Below are positions 27,058-37,663 of a stretch of DNA of 64,000 bases, in pieces. Under the pieces are notes generated by a model. That model saw only the letters and a program-made list of their open reading frames with translations. It did no database searches and was not told the origin of the DNA. Each line of letters begins with the position of its first letter. The first letter of the stretch is position 1. The translations under genes and the position numbers were made by a program. The stretch is from Synechococcus sp. (lineage in GTDB: Bacteria > Cyanobacteriota > Cyanobacteriia > PCC-6307 > Cyanobiaceae): assembly GCA_047285805.1 (NCBI GenBank), contig JBJBCN010000002.1:64001-128000 (forward strand). The letters are read 5' to 3'.

Positions 27058-27969
27058 ATGGCCCTGGCTTGGTGGCGGCTTGAGCTGCTTGCGCTTCCAG
27101 AACTCGAGGAATCGCTCATCTGGAAGCTCAATACCCTCGGGATTCCCCGGGTGGCGGTGCGGTACAGCCCCGAGCAGCCTCAGGATCCGAAGCTGGTGGC
27201 CTGGTTGCCGGCCTCCGATTGGCCGGAGAGTGAACGCCAGCAGCTCGAGCAGGCCCTCGAGCCCCTGGCGGACACCTTTGCGTTGACCCTGCCGACCATC
27301 CATTGGTTCGAGCAGGACGATGAGGACTGGAGCCTGAGCTGGAAGCAGCACTGGGAACCCGATCCGGTTGGCCAGCGCCTCTTGATCCTTCCCGCCTGGC
27401 TGGAGCTGCCGCCCGAGCACGCGGAACGTCATCTGATTCGGATGGACCCCGGTAGTGCCTTTGGCACCGGGAGCCATCCCACGACCCGGCTCTGCCTTGA
27501 GGCGATCGAACAGCTGTCAGACGAGCGTGGCGGCAGCCTGGGCCCCATTCGCGTGGCCGATCTGGGCTGCGGCACCGGGATTTTGGGCATCGCCGCCCTG
27601 CTCGAAGGCGCCAGCAGCGTGGCGGCCGCCGATACGGACTCCCTCGCGGTCCGCGCCACCCGAGACAATGCCGTGGTCAGCGGCTTCGCGGAGCAGTTCC
27701 AGGTGGATCTGGGCTCGATTGAACGCCTGGCCGAGCTGCTCGAGGGCCGCCCGGCGGACCTGCTGCTCTGCAACATCCTGGCCCCGGTGATTGAGGCCCT
27801 CTGTCCTGCCTTTGACACCGTCCTGGCTCCAGGCGGTTTCGGCCTCCTCAGTGGCCTGCTGGTCAGTCAGGCCACGCGCCTGCAGGAGGTCCTCGCGGAG
27901 CAGGGCTGGAGTGCGGAACTCACCGCTCAGCAGAGCCAGTGGGGCTTGATGACCATCAGGCGCTCCTGA
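27058..27969 (+). CDS. prmA: Ribosomal protein L11 methyltransferase
   Basis: DPGSAFGTGSHPTT, DLGCGTGIL, CNILA. Confidence 0.93.
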   Translation: MALAWWRLELLALPELEESLIWKLNTLGIPRVAVRYSPEQPQDPKLVAWLPASDWPESERQQLEQALEPLADTFALTLPTIHWFEQDDEDWSLSWKQHWEPDPVGQRLLILPAWLELPPEHAERHLIRMDPGSAFGTGSHPTTRLCLEAIEQLSDERGGSLGPIRVADLGCGTGILGIAALLEGASSVAAADTDSLAVRATRDNAVVSGFAEQFQVDLGSIERLAELLEGRPADLLLCNILAPVIEALCPAFDTVLAPGGFGLLSGLLVSQATRLQEVLAEQGWSAELTAQQSQWGLMTIRRS

Positions 27970-28147
27970 CAAAATACAAAACAGTGGCTTGTTGTATAAG
28001 TCACGCTGATGTGTGCCCGAGGTTCCTATTGGCCTTCGCCTTGGGATCCCCTCGAAAGCCCAGCAACTGCCCTTGTCGGATGTAGGAAGGGTCCGTCCTA
28101 CAGGGCCTGGGTGTTTTGTCCAGGAGCCTGTGAGCCCCATTCCTTTC

Positions 28148-28447
28148 ATGGCTTCCTACAAGGTCACCCTCATCAGCGAGGCAGAGGGCCTCAACAAGAC
28201 CATCGAGGTTCCTGACGACCAGTACATCCTCGACGCCGCTGAAGAGCAGGGCATCGATCTCCCCTACTCCTGCCGTGCTGGTGCTTGCAGCACCTGCGCC
28301 GGCAAGATCACCGCTGGGACCGTTGACCAGTCCGATCAGAGCTTCCTAGACGACGACCAGATCGAAGCAGGTTTCGTTCTGACCTGCGTCGCTTATCCCA
28401 CCAGCGACTGCACCATCAAGACCCACGCCGAAGAAGAGCTGTACTGA
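28148..28447 (+). CDS. petF: Plant-type [2Fe-2S] ferredoxin
   Basis: [42 protein letters not shown]. Confidence 0.97.
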   Translation: MASYKVTLISEAEGLNKTIEVPDDQYILDAAEEQGIDLPYSCRAGACSTCAGKITAGTVDQSDQSFLDDDQIEAGFVLTCVAYPTSDCTIKTHAEEELY

Positions 28448-28496
28448 GCTCGACACTGGGCGTGCCCCTTTACGCCCCGTCTCTTTGTGCTTCCTG

Positions 28497-28521
28497 AACC
28501 ACCCCTCGGGGTGGTTTTTTT
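28497..28521 (+). terminator. Intrinsic terminator downstream of petF
   Basis: AACCACCC-CTCG-GGGTGGTT stem-loop followed by a T run. Confidence 0.85.
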
Positions 28522-28543
28522 GTTTTGAGTCCCCGCTGCCCTC

Positions 28544-28930
28544 GTGACTGCCTCAACCCCTCCTCAGGTTCAAGAGGTCTATGCACCAGGTAGTGAGCAC
28601 ACCAGCCCCGGTGCGCAGTACAGCTTTCGTGTGATTGGTCCCTGTTGCCGTCTGTTCGATCGGGAAGAACTGCCGTGGCCCTGTTGCCGGCTCTCTTGGC
28701 GCAGCAAGGAACCAAGCTGGCGCCGTGTCGGTAAGCGCTTTGTTCCCGATCTAGCCGCCCGCCGTTGCCCCTCCTATGCGGTCGAGCTGCTGCAGCCTGG
28801 CTCCAGGCCCACTCAGACGGTGCTCACGCTCTTCTCCCAGCGTTTGAGTGGCCCGCTCCAGGAGTGGTGGTATAGCAAGCAGCCGGCATCCTGCGATCCC
28901 AGCAATGGCCTGCCGCCGGCTGCCGGCTGA
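28544..28930 (+). CDS. Conserved hypothetical Cys/Trp-rich protein
   Basis: Fills the gap between two terminators; GPCCRL..PWPCCRL motifs. Confidence 0.6.
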   Translation: MTASTPPQVQEVYAPGSEHTSPGAQYSFRVIGPCCRLFDREELPWPCCRLSWRSKEPSWRRVGKRFVPDLAARRCPSYAVELLQPGSRPTQTVLTLFSQRLSGPLQEWWYSKQPASCDPSNGLPPAAG

Positions 28931-28941
28931 GTCCAGGCCAC

Positions 28942-28971
28942 AAAAAAGCCCCGCCTGTGAGGCGGGGCTTT
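28942..28971 (-). terminator. Intrinsic terminator of psbV (possibly bidirectional)
   Basis: AAAAAAGCCCCGCCT-GTG-AGGCGGGGCTTT. Confidence 0.88.
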
Positions 28972-28995
28972 GAGGTAAGGGGCGTTGAAGCGGGA

Positions 28996-29505
28996 TCAGA
29001 AGTAGATCTTGCCGCCGCCCCACTGGGGACCCAGCACTTTCGGTGCGGTCAGAATGAAGCCGGCCATCAGGCGCAGGTCTTCATCGTTCATGTTGCGCAT
29101 CTGCACGAAGACGTCGCTGCTGCGGATGCTGGGGTGCACGTCAGCAATGCTGTACTCGCCGTCGTAGCTGGTGGGGTCCTTCATGTAGTCCACCAGGCCC
29201 TCGACGTTGTCGCGGGCCGGGCTGGCCAGGGCGAGGGTCTCGGGGTCCAGGCCAACGTTGTGGTTGGTCTTTGTGATGCCGCCGGCGTGGCAGACGCCGC
29301 AGCTGTTGTTGAAGGTCTTGCGACCGGCGTTGATTTCCTGCTCGCTGAAGGTCACCGAGGTGCCAGCGGGATCGGCTGGAACGGTGAGCTGCTCAGTGGT
29401 CCACTGGGCGGCCTGGGCAGGGCCGGCAAGACCCACCAGCAGAGCCAGGGGCAGAAGCATCAGCCGGGCCAGGGACCGGAGTGCAGAGGAGAAAACAGAG
29501 GCCAT
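28996..29505 (-). CDS. psbV: Cytochrome c-550 of photosystem II
   Basis: Signal peptide, CGVCH heme motif, GGITKTN, PTSYDG, WGGGKIYF. Confidence 0.95.
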   Translation of the reverse strand: MASVFSSALRSLARLMLLPLALLVGLAGPAQAAQWTTEQLTVPADPAGTSVTFSEQEINAGRKTFNNSCGVCHAGGITKTNHNVGLDPETLALASPARDNVEGLVDYMKDPTSYDGEYSIADVHPSIRSSDVFVQMRNMNDEDLRLMAGFILTAPKVLGPQWGGGKIYF

Positions 29506-29611
29506 CGAAAAAGCCGGCAACGTGGCGTTTAAAAAGCGCCTGAATCCTTGTATCACGGCCACTGGGCCCACTGCTTGGCCAGGCCCAAGGCACTAACGAA
29601 CTGTTGCAGGC

Positions 29612-30562
29612 CTAGGTCTCTGGCGCGGCCACCTCAAGGGTCAGGAAATCCTTGGCCAGAACCGTGTTCGGAAAGATCGCCTGGGCCTCGGCCAGCAGGT
29701 CGTCCGGCGTGACCGAGTTGCCGGGGGCATAGCGCGGGCTGAGGTGAGTCAAAGCCAGTTGCTTGACCCCCGCCGCCAGAGCGGTTTGGGCGGCCATCGT
29801 GCTGGTGGAGTGTTGCTTGGCGAAAGCCATCTCGGACTCCGCATGGGCAAAGGTGCTCTCGTGGATCAGCAGGTCTGCTCCGGCGGCGAGCGTCACTGCC
29901 GCCTCGCTGAAGACGGTGTCCGTGCAGTAGACGACGCTGCAGCCCGGACGCTCGGGGCCGCAGAGGGACGCTCCATTGATGATCCGGCCGTCCTCCAAGC
30001 TGACGCTGCGGCCGGCCTTCAGCTCGGCGTAGATCGGTCCGGGTGGGATGCCGAGAGCTTTGGCCTGCTCCACATCGAAATGACCTGGGCGGGGTTTTTG
30101 GTCCACCCGGTAGGCAAAGGCGGGCACTCTGTGGGTCAGGGCGGTGCAGCGCACCGTGATGTCGTCGTCATCCAACAAGACGGCGCCGCTGCGGGCGGCC
30201 TCCTTCACCCGGTGGCTGCGCAGGGGATACCCAATGCGCATGGAGGACGTGCGCATGACCCCCTCGAGGTAGTCCCGCAAAGGATCCGGCCCGTAGAGGT
30301 CGATGCCGCTACAGGTGCCGGCCAGCCCCAAGCTGGCTAGGAGCCCCGGTAGGCCAAAGGTGTGGTCGCCGTGCATGTGGGTGATGAACACCCGGCGCAG
30401 CTGGCTCACCCGCAGCTCACTGCGCAGGAATTGGTGCTGCGTTCCCTCGCCGCAATCAAACAGCCAGAGCTCCGCCCGCTGCGGGAGCCGCAGGGCCACC
30501 GCCGACACGTTGCGGGCTCGTGTTGGGACTCCGGAGCTGGTGCCGAGGAAGGTGACCTGCAC
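29612..30562 (-). CDS. rnz: Ribonuclease Z
   Basis: [36 protein letters not shown]. Confidence 0.95.
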   Translation of the reverse strand: MQVTFLGTSSGVPTRARNVSAVALRLPQRAELWLFDCGEGTQHQFLRSELRVSQLRRVFITHMHGDHTFGLPGLLASLGLAGTCSGIDLYGPDPLRDYLEGVMRTSSMRIGYPLRSHRVKEAARSGAVLLDDDDITVRCTALTHRVPAFAYRVDQKPRPGHFDVEQAKALGIPPGPIYAELKAGRSVSLEDGRIINGASLCGPERPGCSVVYCTDTVFSEAAVTLAAGADLLIHESTFAHAESEMAFAKQHSTSTMAAQTALAAGVKQLALTHLSPRYAPGNSVTPDDLLAEAQAIFPNTVLAKDFLTLEVAAPET

Positions 30563-30638
30563 GGCCGGTGTTCTCCCCGGTCTCTCTGGTTTGATCGTCC
30601 CACGGCGGGGCTGGCAGGGCCCGTTCAGGCTCGTCACA

Positions 30639-31967
30639 ATGACCTGCCCGTTCTCCCTGGGGTTGATGCTGCCGCGCACTCCTCTCCGAGCCATCGCCTG
30701 GGTCGCTGGGATCTGTGCTGCCTTGGCAGTGGCGCCCCTGCAGGCGGCGGAGCCTTGGTTGCGGGTGCTCGTCCTGGAGGCCCCCAGCCTGCTCTTGCGG
30801 GCGGCTGCGCCCTCGGGCGGCCTTCGCGTTTTCGATGGGCGGGGTCAGCAGCTGGGGTTGGAGCCCCCCGGGGCTGAATTGCGCTTCGAGGCCCAGTGGC
30901 AAGAGAAGGAGTTGTGGTTTGAGGCGGTCCCCAGGGGATCCGACTCAGACCCTGGGCTCTGGCTCGGCCAGCGTCGCTACCGCGGCCGCCTGCAGCTGCG
31001 GCGTCAGGGGGCGCAGCTTCAGGTGGTCAATCACGTGCCCGTGGAGACATATCTCCCAAGCGTGGTGGGCAGCGAAATGCCCGCGAGCTGGCCCGATGCG
31101 GCCTTGAAGGCCCAGGCGGTGGCGGCCCGTACCTATGCCCTCAAGGCTCGCAAGCCCGCCTCGGCCTTTGATCTGAAGGCCACCGTGGCCAGCCAGGTCT
31201 ACAAGGGGGTGGAGACGGAGACCGCCAGCACCTGGGGAGCGGTCCAGCAGACCCGGGGACTGGTGCTGACCTTCAACGATGCCCTTATTGATGCGGTCTT
31301 CCACAGCAGCAGTGGGGGAGCGACCGAAAGCAGCGGTGACCTCTGGACCCGCCAGATGCCCTATCTCGTCAGTGTCCCGGACTTTGACCACGCCTCTCCG
31401 GTGCATCAGTGGAGCAAGCCCCTCGATGGGCCGCTGTTGCTGCGGGCGTTCCCTGAGCTCAACCAGGTTCTAGCGATTGAGGTGCTCTCCAGAACGGCCA
31501 CTGGCCGGGTCCGTGAGGCGCGCGTGCTTGGGGCTGGCGGTCGGCGGGTCCTGCTCAGCGGTGCCCAGCTGCGCAGTCGCCTGGGACTGCGCAGCACCTG
31601 GGTCCGCTTTGCGTTGGCCCCCACCAAGACCTCCAGCGTTGAGCCCTTCGGACTGACGGACAGCCATGCCCCCCTGGGCTGGCCGCCGCCGCCGCCGCCC
31701 TTGCCGGCCTTCTCCCTGCCCCAGGCCCGGCCGCTTCCGGGCGCGGCCGTGCAGCTGGTGGCCGTGGGCCGCGGCTATGGCCATGGCATCGGCATGAGTC
31801 AATGGGGGGCGCTGGCGCTCGCGCAGCGGGGCGAGAGTTTCGACGCGATCCTGCGCCATTACTACCGAGGCGTTCAGCTCGAGTTCTACGGGGCCCTGGC
31901 ACAACGGACCCGGCCTCAGCCAGGCTCAAGGCCGGAGGCATGGCAGGCGATGGCCCCCCGGTTGTGA
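30639..31967 (+). CDS. SpoIID/LytB-domain peptidoglycan hydrolase
   Basis: [42 protein letters not shown]; start may be 30666. Confidence 0.88.
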   Translation: MTCPFSLGLMLPRTPLRAIAWVAGICAALAVAPLQAAEPWLRVLVLEAPSLLLRAAAPSGGLRVFDGRGQQLGLEPPGAELRFEAQWQEKELWFEAVPRGSDSDPGLWLGQRRYRGRLQLRRQGAQLQVVNHVPVETYLPSVVGSEMPASWPDAALKAQAVAARTYALKARKPASAFDLKATVASQVYKGVETETASTWGAVQQTRGLVLTFNDALIDAVFHSSSGGATESSGDLWTRQMPYLVSVPDFDHASPVHQWSKPLDGPLLLRAFPELNQVLAIEVLSRTATGRVREARVLGAGGRRVLLSGAQLRSRLGLRSTWVRFALAPTKTSSVEPFGLTDSHAPLGWPPPPPPLPAFSLPQARPLPGAAVQLVAVGRGYGHGIGMSQWGALALAQRGESFDAILRHYYRGVQLEFYGALAQRTRPQPGSRPEAWQAMAPRL

Positions 31968-32719
31968 GACCCCAGCTAATCAACCTGACGCTGGCTGCCG
32001 ATGCCGGCGCCGTGGCGGAGCTGGTCGCTGGTCGACTGCTGGAAGCCCTGCGCTCGAGCGGCAACCTTGGCCTGGCCACAGGGCGCACCATGCTGCCCGT
32101 CTACAGCGCTTTGGTCCGGTTGCTGCATCAGTTGCCGCAGCAGGAGCGGCAGACGCTCTTGGCGGACTGGTGCAGCTTCAACCTCGATGAATACGTCGGT
32201 CTTGGGGTGGATGACCCCCGCTCTTTTGCGGCCTTTATGCATGTCCAGCTGGGGGCACCGCTGCAGCTTCCCGGGGGGGCGCTGCGGATTCCCGATGGCC
32301 AGGCACTGGACCCCCAGATGGAGGCGCTTCGCTATCGCGCGGACCTTGAAAGCGCCGGCGGCTTGGGTCTGCAGTTGCTGGGTTTGGGCAGCAACGGCCA
32401 TGTTGGATTCAACGAACCCCCGTGTGGTCCCGAGATGCCCTGCCGCGCCTTGGCCTTGAGTGAGACGACCCGGGAGCAGAACGCGGACGCTTTTGGGGGG
32501 AACCCGGACGATGTCCCGGATCAGGCCATCACCTTGGGAACAGCGGAGATCCTGGCGGCCGACTCCCTGCTGCTGGTGGTCACCGGGGCCGCGAAGTCTG
32601 AGATCCTGCGGCGGACCCTGCAGGAGCCGCCCTGCGAAGCCGTGCCCGCCAGCTGGCTTCAGCGCCACCCCCGGCTGGAGGTCGTGGCGGACCGGGAGGC
32701 TGCAGCCGCGCTTAGCTGA
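31940..32719 (+). CDS. nagB: Glucosamine-6-phosphate deaminase
   Basis: [37 protein letters not shown]; start approximate. Confidence 0.9.
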   Translation: MAGDGPPVVRPQLINLTLAADAGAVAELVAGRLLEALRSSGNLGLATGRTMLPVYSALVRLLHQLPQQERQTLLADWCSFNLDEYVGLGVDDPRSFAAFMHVQLGAPLQLPGGALRIPDGQALDPQMEALRYRADLESAGGLGLQLLGLGSNGHVGFNEPPCGPEMPCRALALSETTREQNADAFGGNPDDVPDQAITLGTAEILAADSLLLVVTGAAKSEILRRTLQEPPCEAVPASWLQRHPRLEVVADREAAAALS

Positions 32720-33473
32720 GGGCCGCCTCCATCAGCGCCTCATCCGCCTCTAGGTTGGAGGTCACCACGCGCACGTCATCTAACTCCTCGAGGGCGTCGA
32801 GCAGTTTCAGGCAACCCGCGAGGGCCTCTGGATCTTCCAGTTGGCAGGGGGTCTGGGCTATCCAGCGGTGTTCCCAACTGGTGACCGGCAGCCCTGCCCG
32901 GCGGAGGTTGTCTTGGAGGACCTCTAGCTGCTCAAACGGGCCGATGATCTCGGCTCCGTCGGCATCGATCTCGTAGCTGAGGACCTGGTCCTCGAGGTTG
33001 AGTAGCTGCTCGAGGAGCACCTCTTCCTGGAGGCCGGCTTGGCTCAAGCGCACGACGCTGTGGTGCTCGAAGAGGTAGCCAACGCAGCCGGTTTCGCCGA
33101 GGTTTCCGCCGTTTTTGTTGAAGGCCAGGCGAATTTCGGCGGCGGCCCGGTTGCGGTTGTCGGTGAGGGATTCGATCAGGACAGCCACTCCTCCAGGGCC
33201 GTAGCCCTCGTAGCGGACCTCCTCAAATTGGTCGGCCCCACTGCCCCCTTGCCCGGAGCCCTTGGCGATGGCCCGCTCGATATTGGCGTTGGGCACACGC
33301 GCAGCCTTGGCCTTCTCGATGGCGGTGCGCAGCTGGAAATTGCCCGCGGGGTCCGTTCCGGCACGGGCCGCCACCATGATTTCCCGGCCCAGGCGCGTGA
33401 AGACCGCCCCGCGCTTGGCATCCACCACGGCCTTGGTGCGTTTGATTTGGGCCCATCGGCTGTGGCCGGCCAT
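32712..33473 (-). CDS. yebC: YebC/PmpR-family protein
   Basis: [25 protein letters not shown]. Confidence 0.93.
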   Translation of the reverse strand: MAGHSRWAQIKRTKAVVDAKRGAVFTRLGREIMVAARAGTDPAGNFQLRTAIEKAKAARVPNANIERAIAKGSGQGGSGADQFEEVRYEGYGPGGVAVLIESLTDNRNRAAAEIRLAFNKNGGNLGETGCVGYLFEHHSVVRLSQAGLQEEVLLEQLLNLEDQVLSYEIDADGAEIIGPFEQLEVLQDNLRRAGLPVTSWEHRWIAQTPCQLEDPEALAGCLKLLDALEELDDVRVVTSNLEADEALMEAALS

Positions 33474-33491
33474 GCGTGATGTCGAAGTGAA

Positions 33492-34394
33492 CTAGCCCGC
33501 AGCGTCGAGCACGAGCTTGGGTTGCAATTGCCCGGGGGATGCAACCCGGGCCATACCCGCCAGGTTGCCATCTGGATCCAGCACCACAACGGGGCTCTCG
33601 AGGTCCCAGCTGGGGTCACAGCTCTGGAGTCGCCCGCAACGCCAGCCCGTCATCCCTTCGCCATCCAGCTGATGCTGGGGCAGGTGGCCGAGCACCTCCA
33701 GGGGATTCACCAGGGCGGGGGGCTCCCCCTCCAGCTGCTCCAACGGCACGCTCTGCTCCAGCCCAAACCCCAGGGCCCGGGTCCGCCGCAAGAGCGCCAG
33801 GCTGCCGCCGCAACCTAGGGCGTCGCCGAGGTCCCGGGCCAAGGAGCGTATGTAGGTGCCGGCGCTGCAGTGCACCTCCAGTTCGATGCGGCCCTGGGCT
33901 GGATCCCAATTCAGCAACTCCAGCCCGTGAATCATGACGGGCCGAGGGGCGAGCTCCGGGCATTGGCCGGCGCGGGCCAATTTGTAGGCCCTCTCTCCAT
34001 TGACGTGAACCGCGGAGACAGCCGGTGGACGTTGTTGTATGGCGCCGCGGAAGGGGGCGAGGGCGGAGGCGAGGTCTGTGACGCTGAGGCTGGGGACGGG
34101 GCGCTTCTCGAGCACCTCCCCCTCCATGTCATCGCTGTTGGTGCGCACCCCCAGCTGGATGATGCCTCGGTAGGTCTTGTCGCCTTCGAGGTAGGGCAGC
34201 AGCCGGGTGGCGGGGCCTAAGGCGATGGGCAGCACCCCGGTCACGGCTGGGTCCAGTGTCCCCCCATGGCCCACCCTTTTGAGCCCATAGGCCCGGCGGA
34301 TACGCGAGACACAGCTGTGGGAGCTCATCCCTGCCGGCTTGTCGAGCACGAGAAAGCCGCAGATCAACGCTGGATTGAGGCGAGCAGGTTGCAA
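33492..34394 (-). CDS. truB: tRNA pseudouridine(55) synthase
   Basis: LDKPAG, GHGGTLDP, G.RAY.LAR, CSAGTYIRSL; start uncertain. Confidence 0.93.
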   Translation of the reverse strand: MQPARLNPALICGFLVLDKPAGMSSHSCVSRIRRAYGLKRVGHGGTLDPAVTGVLPIALGPATRLLPYLEGDKTYRGIIQLGVRTNSDDMEGEVLEKRPVPSLSVTDLASALAPFRGAIQQRPPAVSAVHVNGERAYKLARAGQCPELAPRPVMIHGLELLNWDPAQGRIELEVHCSAGTYIRSLARDLGDALGCGGSLALLRRTRALGFGLEQSVPLEQLEGEPPALVNPLEVLGHLPQHQLDGEGMTGWRCGRLQSCDPSWDLESPVVVLDPDGNLAGMARVASPGQLQPKLVLDAAG

Positions 34395-34428
34395 TGCTGC
34401 CACCGTGTGGCGCAGCTGATGGCCCCGA

Positions 34429-35163
34429 ATGCCTGTGGATGAGGCTCTGCAACAGCGCCGGGAGCTGGCCTTCCTGGTGCTCTCCGGTCTGTTCCTGGGA
34501 ACGATGGGGATGTTGAACATCCTCGGGCTGACCCGCTTTCTGCAGCTCGGTCAAATCGGGTCCTGGCCGGTGGTGGTGGCCGTCGGTGCCCTCCCCTATC
34601 CGGTGACCTTTCTCTGCACGGACCTGATCAGTGAGATCTGGGGTGAGAAGCGGGCCAATCAGCTGGTTTGGGTGGGCCTGCTCCTCAATGGCTGGATCGT
34701 GCTGGTGCTCTGGCTCGGCGGCGTCTTGCCGGGCCTGCCCGGGGCACCCGATGAGACTTTTTTTGCGGTGCAGGGGTTGGCCTTTGGCGCGGTGGGCGCA
34801 TCGATGGCGGCCTACATGGCGGCGCAGTTCACCGATGTGCGCCTCTTCCATTTCTGGAAACGCTTGACGGGTGGCCGGTCTCTTTGGTTGCGCAACAACG
34901 GGTCGACCCTGGTGAGTCAGCTGGTGGATACGACGGCGGTGGTGCTCATCAGCCACTACGCCGCCCATGTGTTGCCGATTCGAGCGGATCTCCCCGTGGC
35001 GCCACAGCTGGTGAACTTCATCGCCAGTGGCTATCTGTTCAAGGCCTTGGCGGCTTTGCTGGACACCCTGCCCTTCTATTGGTTAACGGCCTGCTTACGC
35101 CGTTGGTTGAAGGTGCCTGGGGCCGGGGCGGAGTTGGTCCCTGAGCAGCGACCTCTACGGTGA
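34429..35163 (+). CDS. yhhQ: Queuosine-precursor transporter (YhhQ/DUF165 family)
   Basis: YPVTFLCTDLISE..G...A, AQFTDV, LWLRNNGSTLVSQLVDT. Confidence 0.85.
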   Translation: MPVDEALQQRRELAFLVLSGLFLGTMGMLNILGLTRFLQLGQIGSWPVVVAVGALPYPVTFLCTDLISEIWGEKRANQLVWVGLLLNGWIVLVLWLGGVLPGLPGAPDETFFAVQGLAFGAVGASMAAYMAAQFTDVRLFHFWKRLTGGRSLWLRNNGSTLVSQLVDTTAVVLISHYAAHVLPIRADLPVAPQLVNFIASGYLFKALAALLDTLPFYWLTACLRRWLKVPGAGAELVPEQRPLR

Positions 35164-35169
35164 ACAGCC

Positions 35170-35916
35170 ATGACCGTCACCGCCCCTCTCTCCCTCGATC
35201 ATTTCCTCGCCGGGGGTTTTGATCTGCGCCAGCAACTGGGGGCCCATCTCTCGCTCTCGGTGGCTGAGCTCGAGCGGCAATTGCCCTTGGCCACCGAAGC
35301 GCTTGCCGCCGCCCATCCCGGGGCCTTCAATCCTGATCAGGCCGGCAGCTTTTACGAAAACGAGGTGGGCCATGCCCATCTGCTGGAGCTTGCGGCTTGG
35401 CACCTGAGCAGCGCCGATTACATCGCGGACACTCTGCGGCTTCAGGCGATGTTTGCCAAAGGGCACGTGCTGGATTTCGGCGGCGGCATTGGCACCCACG
35501 CCTTGGCAGCGGTGGCCCTGCCCGCTGTCGAGGCGGTCTGGTTTGTCGACCTCAACCCGGCCAACCGTGCCTTTGTGACGGAGCGGGCGGAGCGCTTTGG
35601 CTTGGCCCATAAGTTGCGCTGTTTCCGCGACCTCGGGGATGCCGCCCTACCGGGCCAGTTCGACACGGTGGTTTGCCTGGATGTGCTTGAGCACCTCAAT
35701 GAACCATCGGCGCAACTCGATCAGTTCGCGCAGCGGATGGCGCCAGAGGCGATTGCGTTGCTGAATTGGTATTTCTTCCAGGGCTTTAACGGCGAGTACC
35801 CGTTCCACTTCGACGATCCGGCTTTGGTGGAGAGCTTCTTCCGCACCGTTCAGGCCCGCTTCCTCGAGGTGTTTCACCCTTACCTGATCACTACCCGCGC
35901 CTATCGCCTGGCCTGA
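35170..35916 (+). CDS. Class I SAM-dependent methyltransferase
   Basis: VLDFGGGIG motif I, FDTVVCLDVLEHL. Confidence 0.85.
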   Translation: MTVTAPLSLDHFLAGGFDLRQQLGAHLSLSVAELERQLPLATEALAAAHPGAFNPDQAGSFYENEVGHAHLLELAAWHLSSADYIADTLRLQAMFAKGHVLDFGGGIGTHALAAVALPAVEAVWFVDLNPANRAFVTERAERFGLAHKLRCFRDLGDAALPGQFDTVVCLDVLEHLNEPSAQLDQFAQRMAPEAIALLNWYFFQGFNGEYPFHFDDPALVESFFRTVQARFLEVFHPYLITTRAYRLA

Positions 35917-35926
35917 CGCCTGGCAC

Positions 35927-35954
35927 AAAAAAAGCCGGCATCCAGGTGCCGGCT
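35927..35954 (-). terminator. Intrinsic terminator of rplU-rpmA
   Basis: A7-GCCGGCA-TCCAGG-TGCCGGCT. Confidence 0.85.
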
Positions 35955-35976
35955 AAAGCCTCAGTGGCAGTGGGCC

Positions 35977-36240
35977 TCAGCCGACGGCCACGTTGATGCG
36001 CTTGCGGGTGCGCAGACCACGCTTGATGGTGTCGAAGCTGACCACGCCATCCACGAGGGCGAAGAGGGTGTCATCAGCACCGCGGCCGACGTTGTTGCCC
36101 GGGAGCACGGAGGTGCCGCGCTGGCGGATCAGAATCGAGCCAGCGTTGACGGATTCGCCGCCGTAGCGCTTGACGCCCAGACGCTTGGCGTTGGAGTCGC
36201 GGCCGTTACGGGTGGAGCCGGTGCCTTTCTTGTGGGCCAT
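35977..36240 (-). CDS. rpmA: 50S ribosomal protein L27
   Basis: [22 protein letters not shown]. Confidence 0.97.
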   Translation of the reverse strand: MAHKKGTGSTRNGRDSNAKRLGVKRYGGESVNAGSILIRQRGTSVLPGNNVGRGADDTLFALVDGVVSFDTIKRGLRTRKRINVAVG

Positions 36241-36281
36241 GGGGGAGAGAGCTCAGGGATTCAAAGGAAGGATCTGGAGGA

Positions 36282-36635
36282 TCAGGGCAGTGCTTTGCCG
36301 CCGACGCTGATGGACTTGACCATCACGCGGGTGAGCTCCTGACGGTGACCGTTCTTACGGCGGGTCTTCTTCTTAGGGCGCATCTTGTAGACGATGACCT
36401 TCTGGCCGCGGCGGTGAGCCATCACCTGCAGCTCAACAGTGGCACCTTTCACATATGGCTGACCGACGTTGGCCGCCTGGCCGTCGTTCACTAGCAGCAC
36501 GTTCTCGAGGGTGAGGGTGCTGTCGACCTCGGCGTGGATCCGGTTGAGGTCGTAGTAGCGGTTGGGCTGGACCCAGACCTGGGTCCCAGACGTTTCAACG
36601 ATGGCGTAAGGGCCGGCTTGCGAATCAGTACTCAT
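36282..36635 (-). CDS. rplU: 50S ribosomal protein L21
   Basis: [26 protein letters not shown]. Confidence 0.95.
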   Translation of the reverse strand: MSTDSQAGPYAIVETSGTQVWVQPNRYYDLNRIHAEVDSTLTLENVLLVNDGQAANVGQPYVKGATVELQVMAHRRGQKVIVYKMRPKKKTRRKNGHRQELTRVMVKSISVGGKALP

Positions 36636-36778
36636 GACAGGGGGGGCGTGGTCAGGCTGACGGGAGGACGCCGTCATTGCGGCCTGCCACGGCAATTGGA
36701 AGACAAACAATTAGTTTCACCGCTTGAGGTGACTCCCGTCAACACTGAGGTCAATCGCGAGGCCCCCAACTGCGGCCA

Positions 36779-37624
36779 ATGACCCAGCCGGCGCTCACCA
36801 TTGCTTCGCTGTTGTCGGACCCGCGTTTGGTCAAGGGCGCCACCAGCTGGCTCAAGGGCGAGCGCTATCGCTTGGAGGATCTGGGCTCCCTGTTCGATCC
36901 CATCAGCGAGTTGCTTCAGCGTCGGGATGCTTTCGATGTGGTCCTGCTGCAGCAGGGGGTGACTGCTGCAGAAGCCCTCGAGGGTTTGCGTCAACACGGG
37001 CTCCTATTGCCGGCAGTTGTTGTCGGAGAAGTCAGCGGCCGTGTCGACTATCACGACGCTGAAGTGCATCTGCCCCAGGACCAGCTCGAACAGATCGTCT
37101 ACAGCCTGGATGCGGCGGTCTCGCGCTTTCTGCGCAAGGGAATGTCCGCGGGGAAGGAGTCCTCGGGTGAGTCCACTTCGACTCCCCAGCCTTGGCGGCT
37201 ACCCAATCGCCTGCAGGGTCGTTTGGGGTATCTGGGCGTCTTCTACAAGCGCGACCCCTCCCTGTTTCTGCGCAATCTCCCGAAGGAAGACCATGAGGAG
37301 TTGCGTCAGTCGTTGCAGCGGGGGTATCGGGATGTCCTGATCAGTTACTTCAAGGACCCCGCGGCGGCCAACCAGGCAATTGAAAGTTTTGTGCACAGCG
37401 CTTTCTTCTGCGATCTCCCTGTCAACAGCGTTGTTGAAATCCACGTCGATCTCATGGATTCCTTCTGGAAGCAACTGCGACTCGAGGGCCATAAAAATGA
37501 TTTTCTTCAGGATTACAGGCTTGCGCTCTTGGACGTCATGGCCCATTTGTGTGAGATGTACAGGCGCTCCATTCCCCCGGACACCCCGTTCGCTGAGCTG
37601 CCACCCGGTGAAGTTAGTGCGTAG
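36779..37624 (+). CDS. kaiA: Circadian clock protein KaiA (full length)
   Basis: RLGYLGVFYKRDP, LQDYRLALLDVMAHLCEMYRRSIP; N-terminal pseudo-receiver present. Confidence 0.95.
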   Translation: MTQPALTIASLLSDPRLVKGATSWLKGERYRLEDLGSLFDPISELLQRRDAFDVVLLQQGVTAAEALEGLRQHGLLLPAVVVGEVSGRVDYHDAEVHLPQDQLEQIVYSLDAAVSRFLRKGMSAGKESSGESTSTPQPWRLPNRLQGRLGYLGVFYKRDPSLFLRNLPKEDHEELRQSLQRGYRDVLISYFKDPAAANQAIESFVHSAFFCDLPVNSVVEIHVDLMDSFWKQLRLEGHKNDFLQDYRLALLDVMAHLCEMYRRSIPPDTPFAELPPGEVSA

Positions 37625-37663
37625 TCCTTAATCCTTTCATTTTTTTCTTCGGAGGTGATTTCA

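Noticed and set aside
31680..31705. (CCG)n run
   Set aside because: It encodes a poly-Pro linker in the SpoIID-domain protein; an in-frame triplet repeat with no sign of a switch.
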